Source: Cetorhinus maximus
Lineage: Eukaryota
Direction of reading: 5' to 3'
DNA length: 64,000 nucleotides
Assembly: GCF_964194155.1 (NCBI RefSeq)
Contig: NC_135916.1
Location: 1,736,001-1,800,000 of the forward strand
Shown here: one piece after another, positions 25,191-37,162 of the stretch
Layout: each line of letters starts with the position of its first letter
Numbering within the stretch: the stretch's first letter is position 1
Notes under the pieces: model-generated
The model's input: the letters and a program-made list of their open reading frames with translations, nothing else
Told to the model about the DNA's origin: nothing
The model's database searches: none
Position numbers and translations under genes: made by a program

Positions 25191-27988
25191 CTGTTGGAAT
25201 GAATACCGTACACACAAACTTGAAATAATCAGGTACAAATTAAACCCAGAATTACACACCAGAGACTCACAGATACAGGTTAAATCGAAGACTATCATGT
25301 GAGAAGTAGTTAATAAAAAAAACGTTCATGCAAAATTGGAAAGGTACAGAATGAAGCAATACATCGATGACCGAAACTGATGTGGACTGATCAACTGGCA
25401 CTTTCATACATTAATAATTGACAGATAGAGAGAAAAGTCCATTCAGTCATAACAGAGATTACATAACCACATAACATTACTGAGAGAATGAGTAAATCTT
25501 AGATTGGCCTAAAATAGATGAATAGGTACAGAATATAGTTGACATACAAAAGAACTGATAATTTTAAGGTATTTTCACATTTAAATGTCAGAAACTGAGA
25601 GGTAGACTCAAACACACGATGACCGATTTGACACTGAATAACCCAATGTAATATTCACCTTCACACACCACACACATTCCAAACATTGACAAATGCCAAG
25701 AGAAACCCACACTCACATGTCAGTTATTGACAGATGCAGAATAAAAACTCACATTCTCATGCTACACACTGACGAATAGAGGGGGAGAGAAAAGAAAAGC
25801 GCCAATCACTTCCAAGCAACGAAATTCTATGTAATAAAATCAATGCTCACACACCAGAAATTCACAGGGGCAGTCTCACACCGGCACCCATTTACCAGGA
25901 ACTGACAGAGATCGTGGCAAAGTCATTTTTACACACGCCGGAGACCTATAGATACAGGTGGGTCGGGGTTTGGGGGTGGGTGGGGAGCTGTTGGTGAGCA
26001 ATCTAATTCACGTACCTGAATAAGCACACAGCTGTATAGAACTTACACTCAATGTCAAAAAACTGGTAGGGAACGAATAAGACACAGTCTCTTATGTCAA
26101 AATATCTGACAAGTATTGAATAAAAAGCGCACTCACACAGCAACAGTCAACACGTGTTGTGAAATGAGACTCAAAGACAGTCAATTACAGAACAATATCT
26201 CACTTCCTTGCTTGAAAACAACAGGTATGAAATAAAACACATACATGAATCCCAGTGACCGAGATGTACCCAGTTAGGGTGAATATTGCATTGCGAAAAC
26301 CATCAAGTGCAGAACAAAACACATTGTGTCGATCTGTATGGAGCGGAAGTATTTGACCCCTGTCGTAGTCTTTTTAACCAGGTGAGCTTGGCCAGGTTCA
26401 AGAGCAGCGTCAGGCCTATTGTTTTCTGGATGTTTGATCAGAAAGAGCCAGATCCAAGTTATAGTGAACTGCTGCCATCTCCAAACAGAAGGTGAGCCGT
26501 GCAACAACATACGTACGCAGCAGAAGCACTTTAAATTAGATGATGTAACAGGGAAGTGACAAAATCAAATTCAAATCTCTATAGTGTGATGTGTTCCTAC
26601 ATGCAGATGGTGTAGCTTAGGATAGAGTCTGATGGTCAGACAGGGATTAACATACCTGCCTTACAAGCAGTTGACCATAGTTTGATAACTGCCTGTTGCA
26701 CTGGATGCTTATTGACCATAGTGTCCATGCAAATCAGAGAACTAATCCCTGCACAGAAGGAGGCCGCTGCTAACGATTAAATAGAGATAAATCAGGACGA
26801 TCGTTCATGTGTTCCCAATGTAAAATTCGGCTTCGGGGCGCTGCTGGAATCATAAAGCCGATATTGACAAGTACAGTCAATAACATATCACCACTCTCAT
26901 AGGGAGCACTGACAGATACGGAAGAAAGCTGGATTCTCGTAACAGGGGCAGACACCCACATTATAAAACCACAGACACATACCAGAGATGGAGTGGTGCA
27001 GAATAAAATCAATTTTTCCATAACCGACTTTTGAAAATAGGAAGAGATTGGGCACAGAGAGATCAGATGTTGACAGCTACAGTAAAATCACATGTGAAAA
27101 TGCATCAAAATATGTAAGTTGATAATTAAAACATAACAGCCCCTTCCAAAGACCAAGAGTCTGGGGGCACGTTGAATTCCCCTCAAAAGATCTCATGCCA
27201 TATCTGAAATAAGGAGAAAGTGTAATTTTTATTAGTACAGCATGAATACACAACACGTTCCAGGTCAATATGCTCACTATGATTCATAACGTAAAATCGT
27301 TACAAACTGAACCAATCAGATATGACATACACTGCATGTTATTTCAAGGGTCTCATTATCATTCACAAAGGCTTTTGCCGAGTCGCAGCCTGAATGCTAT
27401 ACCTTAGTTCTAACAAAACAAATGAGTAAAACCTGTCTTTGATAAATGCAAAGTTTCATGTCTAAATCTGCAACAGAGCCGGGAAACAGTAATAGATTAA
27501 CGCATTGAAGAAATAGATTTCACACACACGCATGGGATACATATTAGGTACAGGAGAAAGCTACACATGTACAATAAAGGAAAAATATACACAGAGCACA
27601 AATTTGAGATACACGATCGGTACAATCACTGAGATATAGGGAATTAATTCCACCATAGGTGACGTTCACAGCATTGACACTTAAATTTCATGTAAATTAA
27701 TTCCAATACTACATCCTGTACCGGACGAAGACAAATGGGAAATGAGCCCTGCACACTCCCACACAAACACTCACACACTCGCAGACTCATGCTCTAACAC
27801 ACACAGACACACATGCAAAGCAAACTCACACACACATACATAAACACACATGCGCACAAGATTTCTTGCATACATATACAAACACACGCACACAAAAACG
27901 TAAACACAGGCACACCCAGGACAAACAAAGCATTAATCCAATCACAAACAGAGTAGCAGAAAATTAAATGCAGTGATAGAGCCACACA

Positions 27989-28170
27989 NNNNNNNNNNNN
28001 NNNNNNNNNNNNNNNNNNNNNNNNNNNNNNNNNNNNNNNNNNNNNNNNNNNNNNNNNNNNNNNNNNNNNNNNNNNNNNNNNNNNNNNNNNNNNNNNNNNN
28101 NNNNNNNNNNNNNNNNNNNNNNNNNNNNNNNNNNNNNNNNNNNNNNNNNNNNNNNNNNNNNNNNNNNNNN
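27989..28170. other. Assembly gap (N run)
   Basis: Run of Ns. The paralogous position 48390-48492 is a (CA)n-rich tract. Confidence 0.98.
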
Positions 28171-29903
28171 AAAACAGTCAAAAAGACACAGGAAACCCAC
28201 AGTCACATAACATGCCACAGATTGTCGAACACAAAACAACTCTCACTCAAAGTTGTTGAATCAATCAGTATCTCTTTGAACCTCACATTTATTTCCAGAT
28301 ATTGACAGATTCAGATGCAATTCACTCTCACTGATTGCACCAGGGCATAGAATTAATCCCACTCGTGACTACATAAGAGATACTTAGCCATACACGGAGG
28401 TACAATTAAATCCACCTATAATACAAGATTACTGCTTAGTGCAAAATTAGCTCGATCACAGTACACGGATAGCGAGAGGACATAATGAAATACACAATTT
28501 CTCAATCCTAAACAAAAATTGTGAAACGAAATGAATTCTACACCGCAAGGTTGACAAAAATGACATTTAGAGTATTAATCCTGCAGTCATACACAGTACC
28601 ACAAACTGACAGGTGCTGAAGGATAACACCTTTCGTGTGTAGCACCAGAGACTGATACACACGGAATGAATCTAACATTTTTACAGCTTGTCAAAAGCAG
28701 ATGGCAGCAGAAGCAAAGTCCACCTCACAGTCACTTCCAGGCCCTGACAGCTATAGAATAAAATGCATAAATGAATTGCAGTGACGGAGAGGTTCAGAGC
28801 TAAAGTCAGTATCCCATTGCAGAAAACAGCAAGTGCAGAATATAACAGCTTGTCCCGATCAGTATGGAGGGCGGTGAGTTTGCCACTATCATTGCCTCTT
28901 TAACGGGCGGGGAGGAGGGGGGCTAGCTCGGCAAGTTCCAAGAGCAGCATCAGGCCCGTTGCTTCTCGACGTGTGTTCAGAAACGATAAGGTGCAAGTTA
29001 TTGTGACCTGGCTCCATCTGCAGACCGAACACGAGTCGTGCAACAAGATAAATACTCATTCGGAACCACTTCAAATTGGAGTGAATTAATAACCTGCAAT
29101 CTGGATACAATATTATAATATAATTTTATTATTTTTAAAATAATATCACAGCTGTACATTCAGGCCGATATTGCTTAACCGCAGCATTCGGTAAACGTGA
29201 ATTTCCGCCGGCTGTTAGGACTGTAAAAAGGTCCGAGTTTAAACACGAATGGATTCCTGATTTTAAAAGCGAGTGTGGTACTTGCAATTAAATATGATAT
29301 AGTACAATAAGGGAGGCCTATCTTTTAATAGTTTGGAACTGACTGGGTTAAATTTAACGGCGATTTTCTGCAAGAAATTAATCTATTACTGTTTCCCGGC
29401 TCTGATGCACATTTAAACATGAAACTTTGCATTTATCAAAGACAGGTTTCATTCATTGGTTTTGTGTGAACTAAGGTGTAGCCTTCAGTCTGCAACTCCG
29501 CCAAAGTCTTTGTGAATGAGACTCAGGAACTCATGTTATGTTTGTCATATCTGTTTGATTCAGTTTGTAATGAAAAAAAGACAGGGTGAAAATAGTGCGA
29601 AGAAGCGAGAATGTTGTCTCAAAATAGCTCCTCCTGTTCAAAGTATAATAAATGATGGCCTTTATCTTGTGGACTGGGTGTTAGTTTGGGAGCTGTCAGC
29701 TAAGCTTGGAGTTGAGCTTCGAGAGGAAGAAAGGAAGTGAATTCCTGAAAACCGAACTAAATTAAACCATGAAACCTTGTGTGACTCACGATAGTTTTGT
29801 GAATGGAGAATGCGCAGATGGAAACGCTGTGTTTATATAAAACTACATCTCGCTTTCCCTCTCCGGCTCTGAGGTCACTTGCTCTCGATGTGAGGTTGTG
29901 GGC

Positions 29904-29919
29904 GGCTCTTAGAAGAGCC
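29904..29919 (-). terminator. Histone 3' stem-loop of the truncated H4
   Basis: Minus strand CCAAA-GGCTCTTCTAAGAGCC-GCCCA, followed by a purine-rich GAGAGC downstream element. Confidence 0.9.
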
Positions 29920-29952
29920 TTTGGGTTTTGTTATAGAGTCGGGTCGATTTGT

Positions 29953-30012
29953 TCAGCCGCCGAATCCATAGAGAGTGCGGCCCTGGCGTTTCAGAGCGTA
30001 CACCACATCCAT
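29953..30012 (-). pseudogene. H4: 5'-deleted histone H4 retaining only Met84 to stop ([19 protein letters not shown])
   Basis: Near-identical to 50175-50234. Similarity stops exactly at the ATG and switches to H2A upstream sequence. Confidence 0.9.
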
Positions 30013-30164
30013 TTGTAAAGGAATTGTCCTTTGTTTAGCTAAGACGATTTCTGTGCGATGTTTCCTTTGATTAATTTTTTGGCGGACTTTTCCAGTTTGA
30101 AATATATAATCGTTTGTTTAACTGATGATTTGGCGCCCTTAACTTCCGACTTCATACGTTGCTT

Positions 30165-30285
30165 GCCCGCATTGGTGAGTCAGGCAGAAATCTGATTGGT
30201 AATATGAAGAATATTATGAGCTATAATATAATTGACCAATCAGCTCTGAGCGCACCACCATTCCTCCTGAGGGTATAAGAGAACT
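30165..30285 (+). promoter_or_regulatory. H2A promoter (CCAAT boxes, TATA)
   Basis: ATTGG near 30171 and 30195, CCAAT near 30236, TATAAGA near 30274. Confidence 0.7.
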
Positions 30286-30287
30286 GA

Positions 30288-30731
<444 letters not shown>

Positions 30732-30761
30732 AGCGACCATTCTTTAAACTGAGAACCCAAA

Positions 30762-30777
30762 GGCTCTTTTCAGAGCC
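30762..30777 (+). terminator. Histone 3' stem-loop (H2A)
   Basis: CCAAA-GGCTCTTTTCAGAGCC-ACTCA, with downstream element GAAAGGGG near 30793. Confidence 0.95.
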
Positions 30778-31149
30778 ACTCACTTGATCAGTGAAAGGGG
30801 CGACCTATTGTCTATCCGTATGTGCGATAACATCCCTATCGATTCGGAATGACTTTATATTTCTAATGCGATCTGTGAAAGCGCTGCTTACAACGAGACG
30901 CAGGTGCTGTTGCCTTTTCCAGACATGAGGAGTCTGTGCTGCATCTATATATGACCAATTGCCAATGTTCAGGGAAATGTTCTTTGAATAATTAACTCAT
31001 CCCATTTCCAACTAAATGATGTAAAATTACAAACAAATATAAACGGAATCACCTCATAACCCCAAATGCAGCAGAGGGAGGGAACCGGGTAATCAAAAGG
31101 AAAGAAAATAAATTGTAGGTTTGAGGGTTTTAGGTGCTGGAGTTTTTAA

Positions 31150-31215
31150 CAAGAGATCGCAGCTCTTTCTCTGACCGACTTGGTGGCTCTTAAAAGAGCC
31201 TTTGTGGTTCTCGGG
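31150..31215 (-). pseudogene. Orphan H3 3' end (stem-loop 31185-31200 plus HDE), coding region absent
   Basis: Matches the H3 3' region at 55115-55180 (GGCTCTTTTAAGAGCC, AGAAAGAGCTG). No H3 ORF upstream. Confidence 0.85.
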
Positions 31216-31409
31216 GTAATTTTGGAATCTGTCGTGTTCCTCAGCTGGGAAGCGAAATCCTGAAAACCGAACTAAATTATTCCATGAAACTTGTTTGACT
31301 GACGATTATATTGTGAATGGAAAATTCACTGATGGCAAAGCTGTGTATTTATAGAACTAGATTCCCTCTACCGATCTGAGGTCAATGCTCTCAATGTGAG
31401 GTTGTGGGC

Positions 31410-31425
31410 GGCTCTTAGAAGAGCC
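31410..31425 (-). terminator. Histone 3' stem-loop (H4)
   Basis: Minus strand GGCTCTTCTAAGAGCC. Confidence 0.95.
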
Positions 31426-31458
31426 TTTGGGTTTTGTTACAGAGTCAGGTCGATTTGT

Positions 31459-31779
<321 letters not shown>

Positions 31780-32559
31780 TCAGTCAAATCACTGCTGAAT
31801 GAGTGGGGAGCTGCTTCACGTTCCGCTTTTATACAGTCCGCCCCGACCTGACTGAGGAAGGGAGAGAGAGAGACACGCGGGGCGGGAGAGACTGAGTGAC
31901 AGACAGAACAACGTCTTTGGTAAACCAGCTCCTCCTCCTGCCTGCCAGAAACAGAATTGTATTTTGTCCAATTCTAAAGGGAAGTGAACAGACGCTTTGA
32001 ACAGAACTTACACACTTGAATATCATGAAGCAGCTAATTAGCAACTCGAATCTATTAAACATCGTCTTGTCCGTCTCATTTCCGCCTCAATAATAAACTT
32101 TCCATACGAGTCAATTTCTGCTTCGATTTCAACCCCAGCTCCAATTTCATCCCCACCTACATCTCCCCTCCCAGGGTGATTGGAAATTTAGCCAACATCT
32201 CCCAACCGAATGAGAGGAAATAATGGGTTTGGGTGTCAGCTGTGAGGAGTTTCCTTTACACCTGGTTTCTCTATTGCAGACTCCCACCCTGAATATTTGA
32301 ATAAAGAAAGGAAGATAAACATTAACTGCTCTCGGACACACCCCGGATACTATTCGGAAAGGTTATCGATGTGTGTTATTGCAGGAATGAGTATCGGAGT
32401 TGGGGGAGGGAGTGGAAGTGCGGGTGAAGCGCATTTCAGTGATTCAGCGGGAATACTGGATTTACTGGAAAATAAAACATTTCCACCTGAAATCAGCTCC
32501 CAGCGCGGAGACAGGGATCAAATGATCAGGGGATCAGCTCTTTCATGTGAAATGTGGGT

Positions 32560-32575
32560 GGCTCTGAAAAGAGCC
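32560..32575 (-). terminator. Histone 3' stem-loop (H1)
   Basis: Minus strand GGCTCTTTTCAGAGCC-ACCCA, with HDE GAAAGAGCTG at 32535-32544. Confidence 0.95.
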
Positions 32576-32632
32576 TTTGGGTTCAGAGGTTTACAATTTG
32601 CTCGGGATATTTCCCTTCTTTGCTGTCTTTGC

Positions 32633-33289
32633 TTATCTCCCTTTGGGCTTGGCCCTCCCTATCGCCACTTTTTTGACGCCCGTCACCTTCTTGGCCGGAG
32701 ACTTTTTCTTGGGGGCTGCTTTCTTCACCGGCTTTTTGGGAGTTGCCGCCTTCTTGGCTGTTTTCTTGGCCGCTGCTTTCTTCGCTGGGGATTTCTTGGC
32801 CGCTGCTTTCTTGGCCGGGGATTTCTTGGCCGCTGCTTTCTTGACTGGAGTTATCTTGGCCGCTGCTTTCTTTGCTGTCACCTTCTTGGCTGCCGCTTTC
32901 TTCACTGGAGATTTCTTGCCAGCTGCTGCCTTCGCCTTCTTTCCCACTTTCCCCGGGGTTGTGTTCTTAGGGACTTTGAAGGAGCCCGAGGCGCCCGTGC
33001 CCTTGACCTGAACCAGGAAGCCATTCTTCACATTCCTCTTGATGCTTTGCTTGATCTGGGAGCCCAGTTTCTCCACATCCACCCCATTGCCGCGCAGCGC
33101 CTTCTTGATCGCGGGCAGCGACATCCCCTTGCGATCGCTGCAATCCGCCACAACCTTGAGGATCTGCTCGCCCAGCTTGGGACCGGCTGCACTGCTCCGG
33201 GGAGCCGCCTTCTTCTTCTTCTTGGGAGTCTTGACCTGGGCGGCGGGAGCGGCTGGAGGAGCCGTTTCGGCGGCTGCAGTATCGGTCAT
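32633..33289 (-). CDS. H1: Linker histone H1
   Basis: 218 aa. Globular domain ends [17 protein letters not shown]-rich tail with SPxK repeats. Followed by a stem-loop. Confidence 0.97.
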   Translation of the reverse strand: MTDTAAAETAPPAAPAAQVKTPKKKKKAAPRSSAAGPKLGEQILKVVADCSDRKGMSLPAIKKALRGNGVDVEKLGSQIKQSIKRNVKNGFLVQVKGTGASGSFKVPKNTTPGKVGKKAKAAAGKKSPVKKAAAKKVTAKKAAAKITPVKKAAAKKSPAKKAAAKKSPAKKAAAKKTAKKAATPKKPVKKAAPKKKSPAKKVTGVKKVAIGRAKPKGR

Positions 33290-33364
33290 GTTCCGGGACT
33301 CTGCACAAAAGTGTCTCTGTCAATGTGAACGGGCTGAGAAATGAAGCCGCTGGTGGCGGCACTG

Positions 33365-33445
33365 AGCAACTTAAAGGCAGCGAGCGGACGGGGCGGAGAC
33401 AGGCTGCTGTCAGCTCCAGGCTGCTGCTGCCTCTCTGTGTTTTTC
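33365..33445 (-). promoter_or_regulatory. H1 promoter (AC box, GC box, TATA-like)
   Basis: AAACACA H1 box at 33436-33442 (minus strand), GGGGCGG near 33390, TTTAAG near 33370. Confidence 0.7.
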
Positions 33446-34524
33446 TCTCCTCACAAACTCCCCAATTCCATGGAAATTCCGGCTCTCCAGTGTCCCAGAC
33501 TAAATCCTTCTTATCTCTAACATTGTAATGTTTGCTGTCGAAAAGATGTCACGCGAATTTAAGACTCCAGTTTCGATTTAAACCTGATTTACTGCGGCTC
33601 CTTCGCTCTATCGCTGACATGTCCTCTTGTTTTGGACTGAAATCTAGAAAACAACACAGAAATGATCTTGAAATCTCACTTCGGGGTTAAGCTGGGGAAC
33701 AGGGGGAATTTTTGAATGGGAAATATTTTTATTTTACGCAAGCGGCACTCGGAAACCTCATGATCAGAACGGACACACAAACACAGTTTCGTTCCTCTGA
33801 CTCGCCCGCCCACTTCCAACGCTCCCTTACACAATGTTCACATCTGCACCTTCACAGGCTGAAACTAGTATCAAATGTAAGGGTCTCAGGAGAGAACTGC
33901 CCCTCTTTTCGAACTTTGGTTGTCTTTCTATTAATTTGCTGCATATTGTAAATTCAGAAAAAACATCTAACACTCTGAGACATGGGAGCCGCAGACTGTC
34001 TGATTCGCAGATTCCGTGGAGGAACCAATCATATGTGATTTCAGGCTATTATCTGAATAGCCCACATCAAGATGTTTATTCCAGGGGACAATATAAATTA
34101 TCTGTTCCCGGTCCCTCCAGAACTCCCTGTTTATGTTGCTCCACCTGAACTGACAGGTCACAATTTCACAGTTTGCAATGTACCCCTACCTCAACAACCA
34201 GAGCAGGCCAGTTATATGTTAACGCGCATTCGCGGATTGTCACGTTCCCGGCAGTGACAGAGATTTTCAAAACATACTTCGATTTTTTATTAGAGATAAT
34301 CTAATGAAATGTCAGAACTGAATTTCTGAGAGAGGATGAACTAACGGTGTCACGCATATCAATGGAGGACGGATCACAGCTTCAGTAACATTCACAGCAC
34401 CAGAAGTAGAGAGATGGGGGGCGAAAGGGAGCAAGAGAGAAAGGACGAGAGGGAGCAATAGTGAGTGAAAGAGAGATAGAGATTGGGATAGAGAGGCAGA
34501 GAGAGAGAGAGGCACACACACAGA

Positions 34525-34978
34525 TAGGCTAGTGCTACTGGGAGGGGTTTAAATAATTCGGGAGGTGGTGGGGACACAGAATGTTAGAAGAATAGGGACA
34601 CATCATAATCCAGTAAAACAATGAAGACAGAGGAAGTACAGCTGCAATAATCTTCAATGAAGTAAGGCAAGGTTGGATGACCTCAACTTTAGTGCCAGGC
34701 GTATTGAAGGTAAAACGGATAAGTTAAGGGTGAGGATTGCCACGAGGAATTGTGATATAGAAGCCATCATTGGTTGAGGGAAAGGCAGGATTGGCAGCAC
34801 AACATTCCGGTCTATAGAATCTTCAGGCTAAACAGCGGACGGGGTAAAAGAGGAGGTGGAAACAAAACCAAAAAATGCAGGAAAACCTCAAGGGGGTGGA
34901 GCGGGGAGAGACATTCTTCCTCTGCACAGATGTAGTCAGATCTGCTGAGTTTTTCCAGCATTTTATGTTTTTTTTGTG
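34525..34978 (+). mobile_element. 5' stub of the CR1 copy fused by deletion to the Penelope-derived insertion
   Basis: 34525-34860 matches 11574-11910 and then jumps to sequence matching 15120-15248. Confidence 0.8.
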
Positions 34979-35149
34979 ACATAGATTCACTGGGCGGATT
35001 GATTTGCTAAACCGGTGAATGAACAGCAAAGATGTTGCAGGGAACGATATCAGTTTGAGCTTCATCCAGGAATCGTCCACCTGCCTGAAACTCTGCCCGT
35101 TCCACACAGACCCATTGTGATGCTCAAGCTGGAGAGCCTTTTCTGAGGG

Positions 35150-35350
35150 GAGGAGCAAATGACGTTTGTTCGGTGACGTTAAATTCAGAAAACGCATGCG
35201 CATTCCTGTTTTCCTTCAGCTCCTCAGACATGGCTAGAAGAGCGCATGCGCGTCCCTTATCCCAGACTCCGCCCTTGAAGTTTTTCACTCAGTGAGCGGG
35301 AGACCTTTGTTTCAAACAGATAGAAATGGAAATCTTAGGGCCCGGGTAAG
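35150..35350 (+). promoter_or_regulatory. Module promoter and first-exon region, copy 2
   Basis: NRF1 motifs at 35192-35202 and 35242-35251. Donor GG|GTAAGC at 35346. Confidence 0.65.
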
Positions 35351-36594
35351 CGAGTAAACAGCGTTCTGATTCCAGCAGGGCCCCGGTTTGTCAGTGTGGA
35401 CACAGAAATCATCATTGACTCGGGGTAAGTTCAGGGGGAACCGGGGGCTGTTTGTAAGAGGCGGAGCGGAGCGGGAACGTGTTCCGGAACTTGGAGTGAG
35501 CGGGTGGACGGGGAGAGGCCTTTCTGGGGCTGTGTGTGGCCCTGCTGAGGGAGACAGAACCTGAGCAAGCTGCAATTGAAAACTATTGGGATATCCTCCC
35601 CTCAATCCTGTAATGCATATTCCAAGTATAGCTGCTGATTCATGCAACTTGTCGGGATTTGGACAGTGAACAGTGGAAACAGGCGCACCGTGAGGATGGG
35701 GAACAATCAATTAAATATCACCCATCGCAGGCACCAGCTTTTCAAGTGATAAATGTTAAAGAAACATTGTCGCAGCGGCTGTTAGTTTCAGTTGACGGCT
35801 CTTACAGTGGGAGCTGGAGATTGAAAACTGACCTGCATCAATGTCTCTGTCCCCGCGGGTAGTGACATCCTTGGAGGAGGACAGGCCAGGATTGTTTCTG
35901 AATGTTTCTCAATTGTTTGAAAAGTAACGAAGCAGATTGCTGAAGTGGAATCAGGGACTGTACTTTATAATTGTTCTTGATGATTTGTCGAGCATTATAA
36001 AAATTGATTATCAGTTGACAGGTTACGTTGATCTATTTTCTTTCAAAACCTCAGCTGATCTTGACTTACAAGAGATATGTTTCTTCCTCTAGGCAAATAT
36101 ATGAAGGGATCGTTTTCAAGCTGTTGATTTCCCAACCAAAATAAAAGTGCAGCCATCTCATTCTTACTGACAGCAGGTATGATATTATTCACAGAGTGCA
36201 CAGATACAGACAGAACATCATTTCCACCATCACCACGAACAGAAATAGTCAGAGTCAAGTTGAAGTCATACCGGATACATGTGCTCAATCCAATAGTCAA
36301 ACACTCAGAGGGGGGGCGGAGGTGGCGAGATGGTTGGAATAATCTCAATACACTCCTACTTAGAACCTCTGAATGGCAGGTCCACCAATTTCAGTCCAAA
36401 CTCACAACCAATATCAGATTGAAGCTCACTGCATGCATGTCACAAGAGTGGAACATTGGCTACAATTTAAATATCAGGTAATAAAGCTGATTGAAATTCA
36501 CTGAATTAATCCTTGAATGTACCCAGCATTCATGAAGCAGCACAATAGATTCAACACCAAATATCTCACACAGAATCATACTTTTATTTTATTC

Positions 36595-37162
36595 ATTCTT
36601 GAGTTGTTTGCTTCGCTGGCTGTGCCATCATTTAGTTGCCCTTGAGAAGGTGGTTTGTGAGCTGCTTTCTTGAGCCACTGCAGTCCCTGTGGTGTGATAC
36701 ACCCACACTGCTGAGAGCAAGGGAGTTCCTAGTTTTTGACCCAGCAATGACAACATATTTCCATGTCAGAATGGTGAGGCACCTGGAGGAGAACTTCCAG
36801 GTTTTGGTGTTTTCATCGATCTGCTGCCCTTGTTCCTCAGGGTTGACAGGGCTGAGATTGCCATTGTCAATGATCTCTTTGTAGCTGCTTGTTTCAACTG
36901 ATTGGCTGGCTAGGTCATTTATGTGTGGGTGTAGAGTCACATGTACATGGACGACAAACTTCATTCTCTAAAGGATATTAGTTAACCAGAAGGGTTTTTA
37001 CCTCAATCAACAATGGTTTCATGGTGATCATTAATTCAATTCATATTTTTATTGATTTTAAGTTCCACCATCTGCAGTGTCAGGGTTCGAACCCAGAGCA
37101 TTACCCTGGGTCTCCAGATTACTAGTCCAATGACAATACAACTACGCCATCACCTCCTCCTG
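36595..37162 (-). mobile_element. DeuSINE (SacSINE1-like), third copy
   Basis: B box GGGTTCGAACCC near 37083, Deu-like core and LINE tail. Confidence 0.75.

Noticed and set aside
27989-28170. Assembly gap possibly hiding a gene such as H2B
   Set aside because: The flanks match both sides of a ~100-bp (CA)n-rich tract in the paralog at 48390-48492.
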